A DNA stretch of 64,000 nucleotides from Candidatus Kapaibacterium sp. GTDB taxonomy: Bacteria > Bacteroidota > Ignavibacteria > Kapaibacteriales > UBA2268. The stretch spans positions 2,752,001-2,816,000 of the forward strand of contig OY761611.1 in the NCBI GenBank assembly GCA_963664875.1, in the 5' to 3' direction. Shown here piece after piece: positions 39,041 to 49,828 of the stretch (its first letter is position 1; every line of letters begins with the position of its first letter). The notes under the pieces are model-generated. The model had not been told where the DNA came from. It worked only from the letters and a program-made list of their open reading frames with translations, and made no database searches. Position numbers and translations under genes: made by a program.

Positions 39041-40186
39041 TTACTTTTTCCTTCTGTAAGTTGAAAATTTTGTAAATATTATATAAGCTAAAAGAGATAC
39101 AATTATTATAAGTGCAAGTAGCAAATATATTTTATCAGAATCTTTATTTTCTTTAAATAATTGAGTCCCTTCATCCAATTGACTTAACTGAGCCATCATA
39201 TCGTTACTTTTTTGCAACGCAGTAGAGTCCTTAATTCTGTGATATAACTCAGTATTACGCTTAGCATAGTCGTAATGTTTAAGTTTGAACTGCAAATCTC
39301 CAAGTTCTTTTAGGAGGTTGAGTTCAAAAAATTTATCACCTAATCCTTTGGCAATGGAGATGGCTCTATGTATGTAATTCGTATCCTTAGTAATGTTAGA
39401 CTTTAGAGCAAGAAGCTGCGCGACATCACTCGGTTGTTTTGCTTCATCTATTATGTACAAAAGTGAATCAACTGTTTTTATACTCACGTCTCCATAGGCT
39501 TCTTGTCTTATCGAGTAATAATTTAGAGTGGCATTCAAATCGTTATTATTCTTCCATTTATCATAGTAGTCCATAGATTTTTTGTAATAATATAATGCCG
39601 AATCTAATTGATTGAATCTATAAAAGTAATATCCATACATATCCAAAAAGGTCTTTTTTTCGATATTGCCAAAAGAGATGGAATTATAAGCTATGTCGAG
39701 ATAGTGCTTGGCACTGTCTTTCATGTCTAAGTCTAAATAGGCGGAAATTAAATCATCGTAAAATGCAAAAACAGAAATACTATCACTTAGCTGTAAATAT
39801 CCCTTGCGTTTATTCAAATAAGTAATTGCCTTTTCCATATCATTGACAGATTTATAAGCATTAAAAAGGAATCCGTAAAGCTGGAAAGTCAGTGAAGAGT
39901 CTTCAAATTGAGTAACAAGATTTTCTGCTTTAAGTAAGAACCGTAACTGTCCTATTTGATTGCCACGCTTGGCGTTAACGGTTGCAAGGTCAATCAAAGC
40001 AACGGCTTCTCTTCTAATATCCAAATAACTTCGATACTCAATCAAGGCATCATTAAAAAGTTTTTCTGCACTATCTAAATCTTTATGGTAAATATTCCAA
40101 GCAGCCTGATGCTTTGTCGAAAGCTCTTCGAAAGTTATAGAAAGCATCGCCAGCATAGATATTACTATGTAGAAAATTGAGTTCAT
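39041..40186 (-). CDS. Membrane-anchored TPR protein, paralogue 3
   Basis: N-terminal hydrophobic segment, TPR-like helices (DSALYYYKKS), C-terminal TM and basic tail. Confidence 0.8.
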   Translation of the reverse strand: MNSIFYIVISMLAMLSITFEELSTKHQAAWNIYHKDLDSAEKLFNDALIEYRSYLDIRREAVALIDLATVNAKRGNQIGQLRFLLKAENLVTQFEDSSLTFQLYGFLFNAYKSVNDMEKAITYLNKRKGYLQLSDSISVFAFYDDLISAYLDLDMKDSAKHYLDIAYNSISFGNIEKKTFLDMYGYYFYRFNQLDSALYYYKKSMDYYDKWKNNNDLNATLNYYSIRQEAYGDVSIKTVDSLLYIIDEAKQPSDVAQLLALKSNITKDTNYIHRAISIAKGLGDKFFELNLLKELGDLQFKLKHYDYAKRNTELYHRIKDSTALQKSNDMMAQLSQLDEGTQLFKENKDSDKIYLLLALIIIVSLLAYIIFTKFSTYRRKK

Positions 40187-40195
40187 AGGACCACC

Positions 40196-41317
40196 TCAGG
40201 ATTTCCGTGACTTAGTATAAACTATATACAAAATAAGAGCTAATATTGCAGCAAGAAGAATATATAAAATGTAGTTTTCTTTCTCTTCAGTCGTTTTCTC
40301 AGATTCCGGAGTAAACTCACTTAAATTCTTTAATATGACACTGGATTTGTATTGCTCGACTGAATCTTTGAGTTTGTGATAAAGTTCGGAATTTGCCCTC
40401 GATGCTTCATAGTGTTTTAATTTGAACTGTAAATCTGCAAGTTCTTCTATCAAATCAAGATAAAATTCAGGACGATGCTTTTTGGAAATATCAATAGCTT
40501 GATGAATGTAAGAAGTGTCTTTAAGCACTTGCGATTTTAATGCCAATAGCTGAGGTAAATCGCCTTTTAAATCGTGTTTGTTGATTATAGTTTCCAAAGA
40601 ATCAATAGTTTTGATTTCCACATTCCCATAATATTTCTGCTTGGTAGAGTAATAATTCAGTACAGCCTGCAATTTGATTTTATTTTTCCAACCATCATAA
40701 TACATTGCTCTGTCCAAATAATAAAGAGCAGAATCTGCTATGCCAAGTTCGTCAAAATAATAACCATAGCTGATATAGATATTTCGTTTTTTTTCTACAT
40801 CAAGGGGTATAATGGCGTCTGCTTTCCTCATATAGTCTATAGCTGCCTGATTATTTCCCATAGCAGATGAAATGCTTGCAAGGTCTTTGTAGTAATCGGA
40901 AATTCTAAGAGAGTCATCTTCCGCTATGTATTTCCGTTTAATATTGAGGTATTCTAACGCTTTATCATAGCGATTATAAGCTGAATATACAAAAATCAAA
41001 TTTGAGTAAAGCGTAGAGATGATTGTAGTATCATCAAAATTTTTGGTCAATCTTTCTGCTTTGTGCAGATAACTTAATCTTTTGAGGGGAGCATTCTTTT
41101 TGTTGTACAACGAAGCCAAATCAATCAAAGCAACTGCTTCTCTTCTGACATCAAGATAACTTCTGTATTCTGCTAATGCCTGCATGAAAAGTACCTCAGC
41201 ACTATCCAGATTTTCAGGTACAATTTTCCAAGCAGCCTGATGCGTTTCCGATAACTCATCAAATGTAATTGAGAGCATAGCTATCATTGATAAAAAAATA
41301 TAGAAAAAAGTATTCAT
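40196..41317 (-). CDS. Membrane-anchored TPR protein, paralogue 2
   Basis: Shares ELS..HQAAW.I...LDSAE.LF..AL.EY.SYLD.RRE.V.LIDLA with its neighbours. Confidence 0.8.
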   Translation of the reverse strand: MNTFFYIFLSMIAMLSITFDELSETHQAAWKIVPENLDSAEVLFMQALAEYRSYLDVRREAVALIDLASLYNKKNAPLKRLSYLHKAERLTKNFDDTTIISTLYSNLIFVYSAYNRYDKALEYLNIKRKYIAEDDSLRISDYYKDLASISSAMGNNQAAIDYMRKADAIIPLDVEKKRNIYISYGYYFDELGIADSALYYLDRAMYYDGWKNKIKLQAVLNYYSTKQKYYGNVEIKTIDSLETIINKHDLKGDLPQLLALKSQVLKDTSYIHQAIDISKKHRPEFYLDLIEELADLQFKLKHYEASRANSELYHKLKDSVEQYKSSVILKNLSEFTPESEKTTEEKENYILYILLAAILALILYIVYTKSRKS

Positions 41318-41320
41318 AAC

Positions 41321-42469
41321 TTATCCGGTTCGATTTTTATTTTTATAATAAAAACTGTACAAAATTAGAGCCAAAGATATAAATATTAGTAAATATAGTA
41401 AGAAGTTTTCGCGAAAGATATTTTGATCTTCTACTTCTTGAATCGCTTCTTCTAATACAGCGACATGTTTAGCTTTTAATTTGGTATTGTAACTTTCAAT
41501 TGAATCTTTTAAGTGATTATACAGATTCTTATTAGATTCAGAGTATTCAAAGTGATGCAATTCATTTTGAAGCTTTACAAAGGCATTGATCAAATCACAT
41601 TTGAAACCTATAGTACCCAGAGTATCCGCAATTTGTATTGCTTCGTGTATGTATGTAGTATCTTTTGTGATGTCTGATTTTATTGATAACAGTTGTGCAA
41701 AATCATCCATATATTTCAAATTTTTTGCAACTGCCAACAAAGAATCAATTGTATATAAAGCGACGTCGCCATAAGTTTCCTGTCGTATAGAGTAGTAATT
41801 TAAAGTAGCACTTAACTCAACTTTTTCGTGCCAGGTGCTATAATAATCCATAGATTTTTTATAATAATGAAGTGCAGAATCAATCTTATTTCTTTTGTAG
41901 AAATACAGTCCATACTTATTTAAAACGAATCTTTTATTAATATCCGAAAATGGCGTAATAAAATTTAAGGTATCTAAGTATTCTTTTGCAAGATTAAAAT
42001 CGCCGGTTTGAATGTACAAATCTGAAATGTTGTTTAAGTAATCGAATCTGGCTGCATCGTTGCCTGCTTGAATGTAACCGGACTGCTTTTTTAAGTATTC
42101 CAGTGCTTTATCAAGTCTGTCTAAATAGGCATAAGAACCATAGAGCTGCTTATATAGGCTTCTTTTTATTGTGGAATCTTCAAATTGTACCGACAATCTT
42201 TCCGCCTGGTGGAGATATCTTAATTTATCGATAAGGTTCCCTCTTTGATTATTCAAAGAAGCAAGATCTATCAATACTACGGTTTCCCTACGTACATCTA
42301 AATAGCTTTTATATTCGCTCAGAGCCTCTTTGAAAAGTATCTCCGCGCTGTCCAAATTTTCGTTATATATCTCCCAAGCAGCCTGATGCGTTTCGGAAAG
42401 CTCGTCAAAGCTAATCGATAACATCAGAATTATTGACAAAAGAGAATACCAAATCACAGATCTGCTCAA
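41321..42469 (-). CDS. Membrane-anchored TPR protein, paralogue 1
   Basis: Same architecture and conserved N-terminal block; TTG start. Confidence 0.8.
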   Translation of the reverse strand: MSRSVIWYSLLSIILMLSISFDELSETHQAAWEIYNENLDSAEILFKEALSEYKSYLDVRRETVVLIDLASLNNQRGNLIDKLRYLHQAERLSVQFEDSTIKRSLYKQLYGSYAYLDRLDKALEYLKKQSGYIQAGNDAARFDYLNNISDLYIQTGDFNLAKEYLDTLNFITPFSDINKRFVLNKYGLYFYKRNKIDSALHYYKKSMDYYSTWHEKVELSATLNYYSIRQETYGDVALYTIDSLLAVAKNLKYMDDFAQLLSIKSDITKDTTYIHEAIQIADTLGTIGFKCDLINAFVKLQNELHHFEYSESNKNLYNHLKDSIESYNTKLKAKHVAVLEEAIQEVEDQNIFRENFLLYLLIFISLALILYSFYYKNKNRTG

Positions 42470-42626
42470 GCTAAGTAATAATACTCAAAAGATGCACAAA
42501 TTAAGTGTTTTTTTCAAATATATTTTAGAAGTATTTTTGCTTATCTCTAAAGAGTCGAACACAAAGTTACTTAATGTGTAAAAGTAAATAGGCGATTGTC
42601 GAATCAAAAATTATAGAGCGAAAGTT

Positions 42627-43193
42627 ATGGGATTAAAAATAATTGATGAAGCATTGAACGGATTGAAGCTAATAGAACCTCAGGTTTTTCAGGATGGGCG
42701 TGGTTTTTTTATGGAATCTTATAATGCTTATGACTTCGAGCAACTGGGCTTGCCTACCAATTTTGTACAAGACAATCACTCGTGCTCTGCAAAAGGAGTA
42801 ATTCGGGGTATGCACTTTCAGTGGGACAAACCTCAGGGAAAATTGATAAGGGTTACGTCAGGAAGTGCTTTTGTGGTCGAAATAGATTTAAGAAAAAAAT
42901 CTTCCAGCTTTGGCAAATGGAAAAGTTTTGAACTTTCAGAAAAAAATAAACATATACTTTGGGTTCCCCCGGGCTTCGCAAATGGATTCCTTGCCTTGGA
43001 AGATAATACTGAAATGATGTATAAATGCACTGCTCTATGGAATCCCAGTGGAGAAAATAACATACTTTGGAACGACCCGGATATTAAAATCGATTGGAAC
43101 TGTGATTCGCCAAATGTATCTGAAAGAGATAAAGAGGCACTAACATTTAGCCAATGGTGTACGATGCCCGAAAGCGACGCCTTTTCTTATTGA
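42627..43193 (+). CDS. rfbC: dTDP-4-dehydrorhamnose 3,5-epimerase
   Basis: F.D.RGFF.E, FVQDNHS.S..GV.RG.HFQ, VP.GFA.GF, WNDPDI.IDW. Confidence 0.95.
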   Translation: MGLKIIDEALNGLKLIEPQVFQDGRGFFMESYNAYDFEQLGLPTNFVQDNHSCSAKGVIRGMHFQWDKPQGKLIRVTSGSAFVVEIDLRKKSSSFGKWKSFELSEKNKHILWVPPGFANGFLALEDNTEMMYKCTALWNPSGENNILWNDPDIKIDWNCDSPNVSERDKEALTFSQWCTMPESDAFSY

Positions 43194-43313
43194 ACTAGTT
43201 ATTTTGGATAAGTTATGTATCTGATTAAGATTTGTTCTTTTCTGTAAGATGTTTTATATATTTACCTTATCTTCCTGAAATTATTTTACCTCATCAAGCT
43301 GCACAAAGGTTAA

Positions 43314-44747
43314 ATGAATACAACTCAGTCACATAAACCGTCTATAGGCTTATATACCACAATCGCAATAGTCGCTGGTGCAATGATTGGCTCTGGTGTC
43401 TTCAAAAAACCTGCATTTATGGCAGAGCAATTAGGCTCGCCGGAGCTTCTTTTAGTAGTTTGGATATTAGCAGGCATTTTTACATTGTTCGGAGCTTTGA
43501 CCAATGCTGAGATAGCTTCAATGTATCCGGAAACGGGTGGGCAGTATGTCTATTTTGAAAAAATGTACGGAAAGCTAACTGCATTCTTGTATGGATGGGC
43601 GATTTTTGCAGTAATCCAAACAGGTTCGATTGCTTCGATTACTTATGTATTTTCCGAGTATAGCGAATACTTCTTTATTCTTCCGAGATTTGATGCAGAG
43701 ACAGAAAAAAGTATCTATCTTTATATTCCATACATAGGTTATATCTATCCACTATATGATTTTGGGGTCAAGCTGCTTACAATAGGGATTATTTCTTTCC
43801 TGACTGCAGCAAACTATTTTGGTGTAAAATACGGGGGAAGAATCTCTCTGATTTTTACTGCTATGAAGTTATCAGCACTCGCAGGTTTGGTCTTTTTTGC
43901 ATTTTTATCTGATGCGGGCAATCTATCTAATCTTGCTCCAATCGCTTCTCCAAGCTTTGGAAGTAATGGAATATTTGGTGCTTTTGTTGCAGCGTTTGCC
44001 GGAGCTTTTTGGGCTTATGACGGATGGAATAATATTACTTTCCTCGCCGGCGAAGTCGAAAAGCCTCAGATAAATATTCCAAAAGCACTTATCATAGGAA
44101 TGGCTATTGTCATCACAACTTATCTATTGATAAATATCGGATTTATGTATGTCTTGCCTATAGAAGTGATGGCAAAAAGCAAACTTGTAGCCGCTGATGT
44201 GGCAAATGTCGCAATCGGAGGTGTGGGGGCAGGCTTTGTATCTGCAGCTGTAATGATTTCTGCATTTGGGACTTCTAATGGCTCAATTATGGCTTCGTCG
44301 AGAGTATATTACAAAATGGCAAAAGATAAACTGTTTTTTGGTTTCGTAGATAATTTACATGAAAAATATCAAACACCGGGCAGATCGCTAATTTTGCAGG
44401 CTTTTTGGGCAAGTATTTTAGTTCTGAGCGGTACTTTTGATATACTGACCGATATGCTGATTTTTGTTAGCTTCATATTTTATGGTATGGGAGCTGCAGG
44501 CGTATTTGTTTTGCGAAAAAAACACCCTGATATCCACCGTCCCTATAAAGTGCCGGGCTACCCTATAGTGCCTTTGTTGTTTGTAATATTTGCATTTGCG
44601 TATGTCATATTTACATTGTATAATGATATTATAAATTACAGTGAAGGAAATTCTCAAATAATTAACTCTCTTTTTGGTCTATTATTAGTAGCAGTTGGGT
44701 TGCCTTTTTATTTTTACTTCGAAAAGAGAAACAGGCAAAATAGATAG
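43314..44747 (+). CDS. APC-family amino acid permease
   Basis: MIGSGVF, P..GG.Y.Y, WAYDGW, RPYKVPGYP. Confidence 0.92.
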   Translation: MNTTQSHKPSIGLYTTIAIVAGAMIGSGVFKKPAFMAEQLGSPELLLVVWILAGIFTLFGALTNAEIASMYPETGGQYVYFEKMYGKLTAFLYGWAIFAVIQTGSIASITYVFSEYSEYFFILPRFDAETEKSIYLYIPYIGYIYPLYDFGVKLLTIGIISFLTAANYFGVKYGGRISLIFTAMKLSALAGLVFFAFLSDAGNLSNLAPIASPSFGSNGIFGAFVAAFAGAFWAYDGWNNITFLAGEVEKPQINIPKALIIGMAIVITTYLLINIGFMYVLPIEVMAKSKLVAADVANVAIGGVGAGFVSAAVMISAFGTSNGSIMASSRVYYKMAKDKLFFGFVDNLHEKYQTPGRSLILQAFWASILVLSGTFDILTDMLIFVSFIFYGMGAAGVFVLRKKHPDIHRPYKVPGYPIVPLLFVIFAFAYVIFTLYNDIINYSEGNSQIINSLFGLLLVAVGLPFYFYFEKRNRQNR

Positions 44748-44785
44748 ACCCCAAATTTTGAGCCATTTATATACAGGAGTATTGT

Positions 44786-45436
44786 ATGGGCGCATTAGTT
44801 TATAATATCCATTCAGAAACGCCGGAAATGAAAAAGATTAGTGCTGTCGCCGATGCAGTCAATGACGGAGCTGTTATTCTTTATCCGACAGATACCGGTT
44901 TTACTTTAGGTTGCAACCTTTCTAACAAAAATGCAATTGAAAAAATCCGCAGAATCAGAGGTTTTTCTACTGATAAATCGCTGACTTTTCTCTGCGATTC
45001 CCTGTCTAATATTTCTGAGTTTGCTAAAGTAAATAACGAAGCATATAAAACTATCAAAAGATTGATACCGGGACCTTATACTTTCATTTTGCCCGCTTCG
45101 AGGGAAGTCCCGAAATTTGCTCAAAATCCTAAAAGGAATACCGCAGGCATCAGAGTGCCTCAGCATACCCTTGCAAGATTACTTCTAAAAGATGTAGGTC
45201 ATCCGATTATTTCTATATCTGCTAAAATTGGTGATAATGAAATGCCAAACTCACCTGACGAATTAGCGGATGCCTTTACAAAATTGGTTGATGTAGTAGT
45301 TACTTCAGAGAAGTACAATTTTCTCGGAGAATCTACTGTAATCGATATGACAGAAGAACAATTCTACCTAATTCGAAAGGGTTCAGGCTGGGACAAAATA
45401 TCTGATTTTGTCTCTTTGGAAGAAGCCCCCGAATAG
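44786..45436 (+). CDS. Sua5/YciO/YrdC-family protein (YciO-like)
   Basis: YPTDT...LGC, PGPYTFIL.A, GIRVP, ST.IDM. Confidence 0.88.
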   Translation: MGALVYNIHSETPEMKKISAVADAVNDGAVILYPTDTGFTLGCNLSNKNAIEKIRRIRGFSTDKSLTFLCDSLSNISEFAKVNNEAYKTIKRLIPGPYTFILPASREVPKFAQNPKRNTAGIRVPQHTLARLLLKDVGHPIISISAKIGDNEMPNSPDELADAFTKLVDVVVTSEKYNFLGESTVIDMTEEQFYLIRKGSGWDKISDFVSLEEAPE

Positions 45437-45605
45437 TATCTTTGATGTTCATGCCCTCGCAATTACTTGATTACGAGGGCATTTTTTCTTGAATATCCGT
45501 TCCCGGAAATCTCTGCGAACAGCATATTAAGTTTTAGAGTATTTTTTCGTAGCTTGAACTGATTTATATATATTTGTATATGTTTAATACCCTGAAAACA
45601 AAAAA

Positions 45606-46601
45606 ATGTACAAATATATCCTACTTTTATATTTTATTTTTTCTGCAGGCACAGTTTTGGCACAAGAATCCGGCAATCGCTCCCTACTTGCAGATTCCTC
45701 ATATCAGCAGTATAAAATTGACGACAACACAATAATGTTGTACCAAGAGCCTAAAACATTTGAATTTATTACAAATACTCCCGGTAATTTCATAGATTTT
45801 TACAATCGAGGTTTTTCTTGCGACTTGTGGCAGGAATATGCTCTTATTACCGGTTCGACCGCACTTCTTTGGTATTTTGATCAAGATTTGCTCGACAAGT
45901 CCCAGCAGTTAGGCAGGGATTTGGGGCTTGGCAATAGAGACAATACCAGCACATACATTTCTATTGGAGATTTACCTATTTTCAGAGGTCCTTCCGACTG
46001 GGGCTCAGCAATGTATTTCATAGGAGATGGATGGACTCATCTCGGATTTTCACTCGGATTTTATGCCTACGGTCTAATTGATGACGACAACAGAGCTCTG
46101 CAAACAGCATCTCAAATTGCTCAGGGAATGCTTACTACAGGCATTGCTACTCAAGTGCTGAAACATCTCACCGGAAGACAGAGCCCTTATGTTTCTACAG
46201 AAAAGCGAGGTAGATGGGATTTGTTTCCTAATCAGGTAGAGTATCATAAACATGTTTCTTCCTATGATGCGTTCCCTTCGGGGCACATCGCTACTGCAAT
46301 GATGACACTAACTGTTATTGCAGAAAACTATCCTGAATATACTTATATAAGACCTGTTGGCTATACTTTGATGACGCTTCTAATGTATCAGATGATGAAT
46401 AATGGAGTGCATTGGGCGAGTGACTACCCGCTTGGCATAGCGATTGGTTACCTAATGGGAAAAATAGCTGTTGATAATGGCAGAAAAATTGTTAAATTGA
46501 ACGACGTTCAAGACCAAACTTGGTTCGACAAAATTCAAGTTAGCCCTTCTGTAAATTTGCAGGGTGGTCTGAGCATCAATTTGACGTACCCATTATACTG
46601 A
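45606..46601 (+). CDS. PAP2-family phosphatase-like protein
   Basis: K..TGR.SP, FPSGH, HW.SD. Confidence 0.85.
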   Translation: MYKYILLLYFIFSAGTVLAQESGNRSLLADSSYQQYKIDDNTIMLYQEPKTFEFITNTPGNFIDFYNRGFSCDLWQEYALITGSTALLWYFDQDLLDKSQQLGRDLGLGNRDNTSTYISIGDLPIFRGPSDWGSAMYFIGDGWTHLGFSLGFYAYGLIDDDNRALQTASQIAQGMLTTGIATQVLKHLTGRQSPYVSTEKRGRWDLFPNQVEYHKHVSSYDAFPSGHIATAMMTLTVIAENYPEYTYIRPVGYTLMTLLMYQMMNNGVHWASDYPLGIAIGYLMGKIAVDNGRKIVKLNDVQDQTWFDKIQVSPSVNLQGGLSINLTYPLY

Positions 46602-46607
46602 TTTTAT

Positions 46608-47141
46608 TTGAATATGAAAGTTTTGATTTTATTGACTATTGCCCTGTATCTTTGTGTTTGCAATAAGTGTTTGTCCCAAAATGCAATAGAAGAAGCAGGA
46701 GATATAATTCAACTTGGATTGCCTGCCGGTGCATTTATTGTTAGTTGCTTTGACGGTGATTCTTACGAAAATTTCCTATACAGTATGATAGCCACTCAGG
46801 TGGTTACTCACACTGTAAAACGTACCATCAACAGAGAAAGACCCAACGGAGGCGATTATTCTTTCCCTTCCGGGCATACCTCATGTGCTTTTCAGGCGGC
46901 TTCTTTTTTACAGTTTAAATACGGGTGGCAGGTTGGAATTCCCGCTTATGCTTTGGCAGCTTATGTAGGCTGGTCTCGATATTATGCAGATAAGCATTAT
47001 ATTAGTGACATTTTAGCCGGTGCAGCTGTTGGTATATTTATGTCTTATATCTGCCTCGAGAAAGATGTGAGGATATTTACAAGTTCAAAAAAAATAGAAG
47101 ATCAGGACTCTTACGCGTTGAATTTCCAGCTTTCGTTTTAA
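46608..47141 (+). CDS. PAP2-family phosphatase
   Basis: K......RP, SFPSGH, SR.....H...D. Confidence 0.9.
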   Translation: MNMKVLILLTIALYLCVCNKCLSQNAIEEAGDIIQLGLPAGAFIVSCFDGDSYENFLYSMIATQVVTHTVKRTINRERPNGGDYSFPSGHTSCAFQAASFLQFKYGWQVGIPAYALAAYVGWSRYYADKHYISDILAGAAVGIFMSYICLEKDVRIFTSSKKIEDQDSYALNFQLSF

Positions 47142-47177
47142 TCTGCAAGAACAAAAAAGAAATAAACTATAAAATAA

Positions 47178-47211
47178 AACAAGCCCTCGATTTTACATCC
47201 GGGGCTTGTTT
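47178..47211. terminator. Bidirectional terminator between convergent genes
   Basis: AAACAAGCCC...GGGCTTGTTT. Confidence 0.65.
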
Positions 47212-47245
47212 CGTTTTAATCTATTCGGGTATTATGCACCAAAGT

Positions 47246-48778
47246 TTATTCTGAGTCTTTTTCTTCTTTTCTTAGTTTTTCAGGTTTCATCTGAGGGAAG
47301 AAAAGTACGTCTCTGATTGAAGTGTTATCAGTCATAAACATAACAAGTCTATCGATACCAATACCTATACCTGCAGTAGGAGGCATACCGATTTCGATAG
47401 CCTGAAGGAAGTCTTCATCTACAATCATTGCTTCTTCGTCGCCTGCAGCCCTGTTTTTTGCCTGTTCTTCCAATCTGGCTCTTTGATCGCGAGGGTCATT
47501 TAGCTCTGAGTAAGCATTTGCATATTCAGCACCATTGATAAATAGTTCGAATCTTTCTACGAGACCTTCTTCTTCTCTGTGCTTTTTGGTGAGCGGAGAC
47601 ATTTCGATAGGATAGTCAGTAACAAAAGTAGGTTGAATCAAATGTTCCTCTACTTTTTCACCGAATATTTCATCTAATATCTTCATCTCTGAAAATGTTT
47701 CGTCTATCTCTACTCCAAGCTCTTTGGCAGCCGCTCTAAGTTCTTCTTTGTTTTTGCCTTTCAAATCCATTCCGGTATATTCTTTGAATAAATCGAACAT
47801 TTTAGCCCGGCGGAATGGTACAGCAAGGTCAAACTCTTTACCGTCGAAAGTTACTGTCGTATTACCCAATACAGTTTGAGCAACACCTCTATATAATTCT
47901 TCTGTCAAATCCATAAGCCAGTTATAGTCTTTGTAAGCTACATAGAGCTCCATAGCAGTAAACTCAGGATTGTGAGTTTTGTCCATGCCTTCGTTACGGA
48001 AGTTTTTACTGATTTCATAAACACCTTCGAAACCACCAACGATAAGACGTTTGAGGTACAATTCGTCAGCAATACGTAAGTAAAGAGGAATATCTAATGT
48101 GTTGTGATGAGTGATAAACGGACGGGCAGAAGCACCACCGTAAATAGGCTGCAACACAGGAGTTTCAACTTCCAAATAACCTCTCTCGTCCAAAAATCTT
48201 CTAATGTAGGTAATAATTTTGGAGCGTTTAATAAAAGTATCTCTAATGTTAGAGTTAACAATCAAATCAATATATCTTTTTCTATACCTTAGCTCTTTGT
48301 CAGCAAAAGCATCATGAATTATTTCATTTCCGTTTTCGTCCACTTCAACTTTAGCAATCGGGAGAGGCTTCAAAGATTTTGTAAGCAGCTTGGCATCGGT
48401 AGCGTGGATAGATATCTCGCCCTTTTGAGTACGAAAAACATATCCGTTTACACCGATAATGTCACCAATATCGAGTTTTTTGATATGAGGGTAAAAATCC
48501 GGTAGATCATCACGCTTTAGATAGACCTGGATTCTGCCGCTTTGGTCAAGTATATGAAGGAAAGTAGCCTTACCCATAATTCGCATAGCCATAATTCTGC
48601 CGGCAACAGCAACATCCTTAAAATCTTCCGCCTTTTCATCGTCGAAAGCAGTAAGAATTTCAGTGGCTCTGTGAGTTTGGTCGAAGCTATAGGGGTAAGC
48701 ATTAATCCCCGCTTCCTCCAAAAGCTGCAATTCTTCTAATCTACGCAACTCTTGGTCATTTCTTTGAATCTCAGACAT
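47246..48778 (-). CDS. lysS: Lysine--tRNA ligase (class II)
   Basis: [38 protein letters not shown]; ATG at 48778 preferred as start. Confidence 0.97.
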   Translation of the reverse strand: MSEIQRNDQELRRLEELQLLEEAGINAYPYSFDQTHRATEILTAFDDEKAEDFKDVAVAGRIMAMRIMGKATFLHILDQSGRIQVYLKRDDLPDFYPHIKKLDIGDIIGVNGYVFRTQKGEISIHATDAKLLTKSLKPLPIAKVEVDENGNEIIHDAFADKELRYRKRYIDLIVNSNIRDTFIKRSKIITYIRRFLDERGYLEVETPVLQPIYGGASARPFITHHNTLDIPLYLRIADELYLKRLIVGGFEGVYEISKNFRNEGMDKTHNPEFTAMELYVAYKDYNWLMDLTEELYRGVAQTVLGNTTVTFDGKEFDLAVPFRRAKMFDLFKEYTGMDLKGKNKEELRAAAKELGVEIDETFSEMKILDEIFGEKVEEHLIQPTFVTDYPIEMSPLTKKHREEEGLVERFELFINGAEYANAYSELNDPRDQRARLEEQAKNRAAGDEEAMIVDEDFLQAIEIGMPPTAGIGIGIDRLVMFMTDNTSIRDVLFFPQMKPEKLRKEEKDSE

Positions 48779-48954
48779 AAAATACCAATATAATTTGTAA
48801 ATATGTAAAATGCAATAATTCAAATGTAGGCATTTTTGAGAAAATATTTGGAATAATTTGTGTAATTCGCTAAGATTGTCTTATATTTGTAAATATTCCA
48901 ATATATTATACGTTAGCCATATTAAGGTATTATAAATAAACCAGAAGGGACTAC

Positions 48955-49539
48955 TTGAAGCCGATTCTATTACTTGCGCATTTTACACCTGCCAACAAAG
49001 GCAGAAGAGTCTTACCGGCTCAGAAAAAACACCGTACTAACGACGAAATTAAAGAAAAAGAAGTACGTGTAATCGATGCAAATGGCGAAATGCTTGGCAT
49101 TTTGGATCCGAGAAAAGCTGTTTTAATGGCTGAGGAAGCCGAAATGGATCTTGTGGAGATTGCTCCTAAAGCAAAGCCTCCGGTTTGTAGAATTATCGAT
49201 TATGGAAAGTTTCTTTACGAAATCCAAAAGAAAGAAAAGCTACAAAGAAAAAATCAACAACAGTCTCAAATGAAGGAAATTCGCTTCAAATGGAGAACTG
49301 CTGACCATGATTTTAACTTTAAAACAAGGCATGCAAAAGATTTTATCGAATCAGGCAACAAAGTAAAGGCTTCTGTTCTTTTTAGAGGTAGAGAGATTAC
49401 TCACCAGGAAATCGGAAGAGAATTACTCAAAAAATTTGTCGAAGAAATGAAAGATGTTGCGAAAGTGGATGTGCCTATCAAATTTGAAGGCAGAAACCTT
49501 TCGGTAATTCTTGCTCCAATTAAGTCAAAGAAAAATTAA
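48955..49539 (+). CDS. infC: Translation initiation factor IF-3 (non-AUG start)
   Basis: N.EI...EVRVI, DLVEIAP.AKPPVC.I.DYGK, GNKVK...FRGRE. Confidence 0.95.
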   Translation: MKPILLLAHFTPANKGRRVLPAQKKHRTNDEIKEKEVRVIDANGEMLGILDPRKAVLMAEEAEMDLVEIAPKAKPPVCRIIDYGKFLYEIQKKEKLQRKNQQQSQMKEIRFKWRTADHDFNFKTRHAKDFIESGNKVKASVLFRGREITHQEIGRELLKKFVEEMKDVAKVDVPIKFEGRNLSVILAPIKSKKN

Positions 49540-49630
49540 TTTCAATTTCTTCCCCTTTTTTGCTATATTGTCGGTTCTCATATTGGTCGAGAACCGATTT
49601 TTGTTTTACATTTAACGTATAGGAAAAGCC

Positions 49631-49828
49631 ATGCCTAAAATGAAGACTAACGGCTCCGCTAAAAAAAGGTTTAAACAAACCGGCAGCGGCAAATTCAAAA
49701 GGGCAAAAGCTTTTGCAAGCCACATTTTAACAAAAAAAGCTCCTAAAAGAAAAAAAGCTCTTAGAGAACTTACTTATGTTTCTAAAGTGGACGAACCAAG
49801 AGTTAAAAAACTTATGGGTCAAGGCTAA
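49631..49828 (+). CDS. rpmI: 50S ribosomal protein L35
   Basis: MPKMKT..SAKKRFK.TGSGK, HILTKK. Confidence 0.97.
   Translation: MPKMKTNGSAKKRFKQTGSGKFKRAKAFASHILTKKAPKRKKALRELTYVSKVDEPRVKKLMGQG

Noticed and set aside
40196-40198. In-frame TGA as selenocysteine or genetic code reassignment
   Set aside because: TGA ends rfbC and czcA normally, no SECIS-like hairpin is evident, and the TGA overlaps an SD-like GAGGTGG for the next gene
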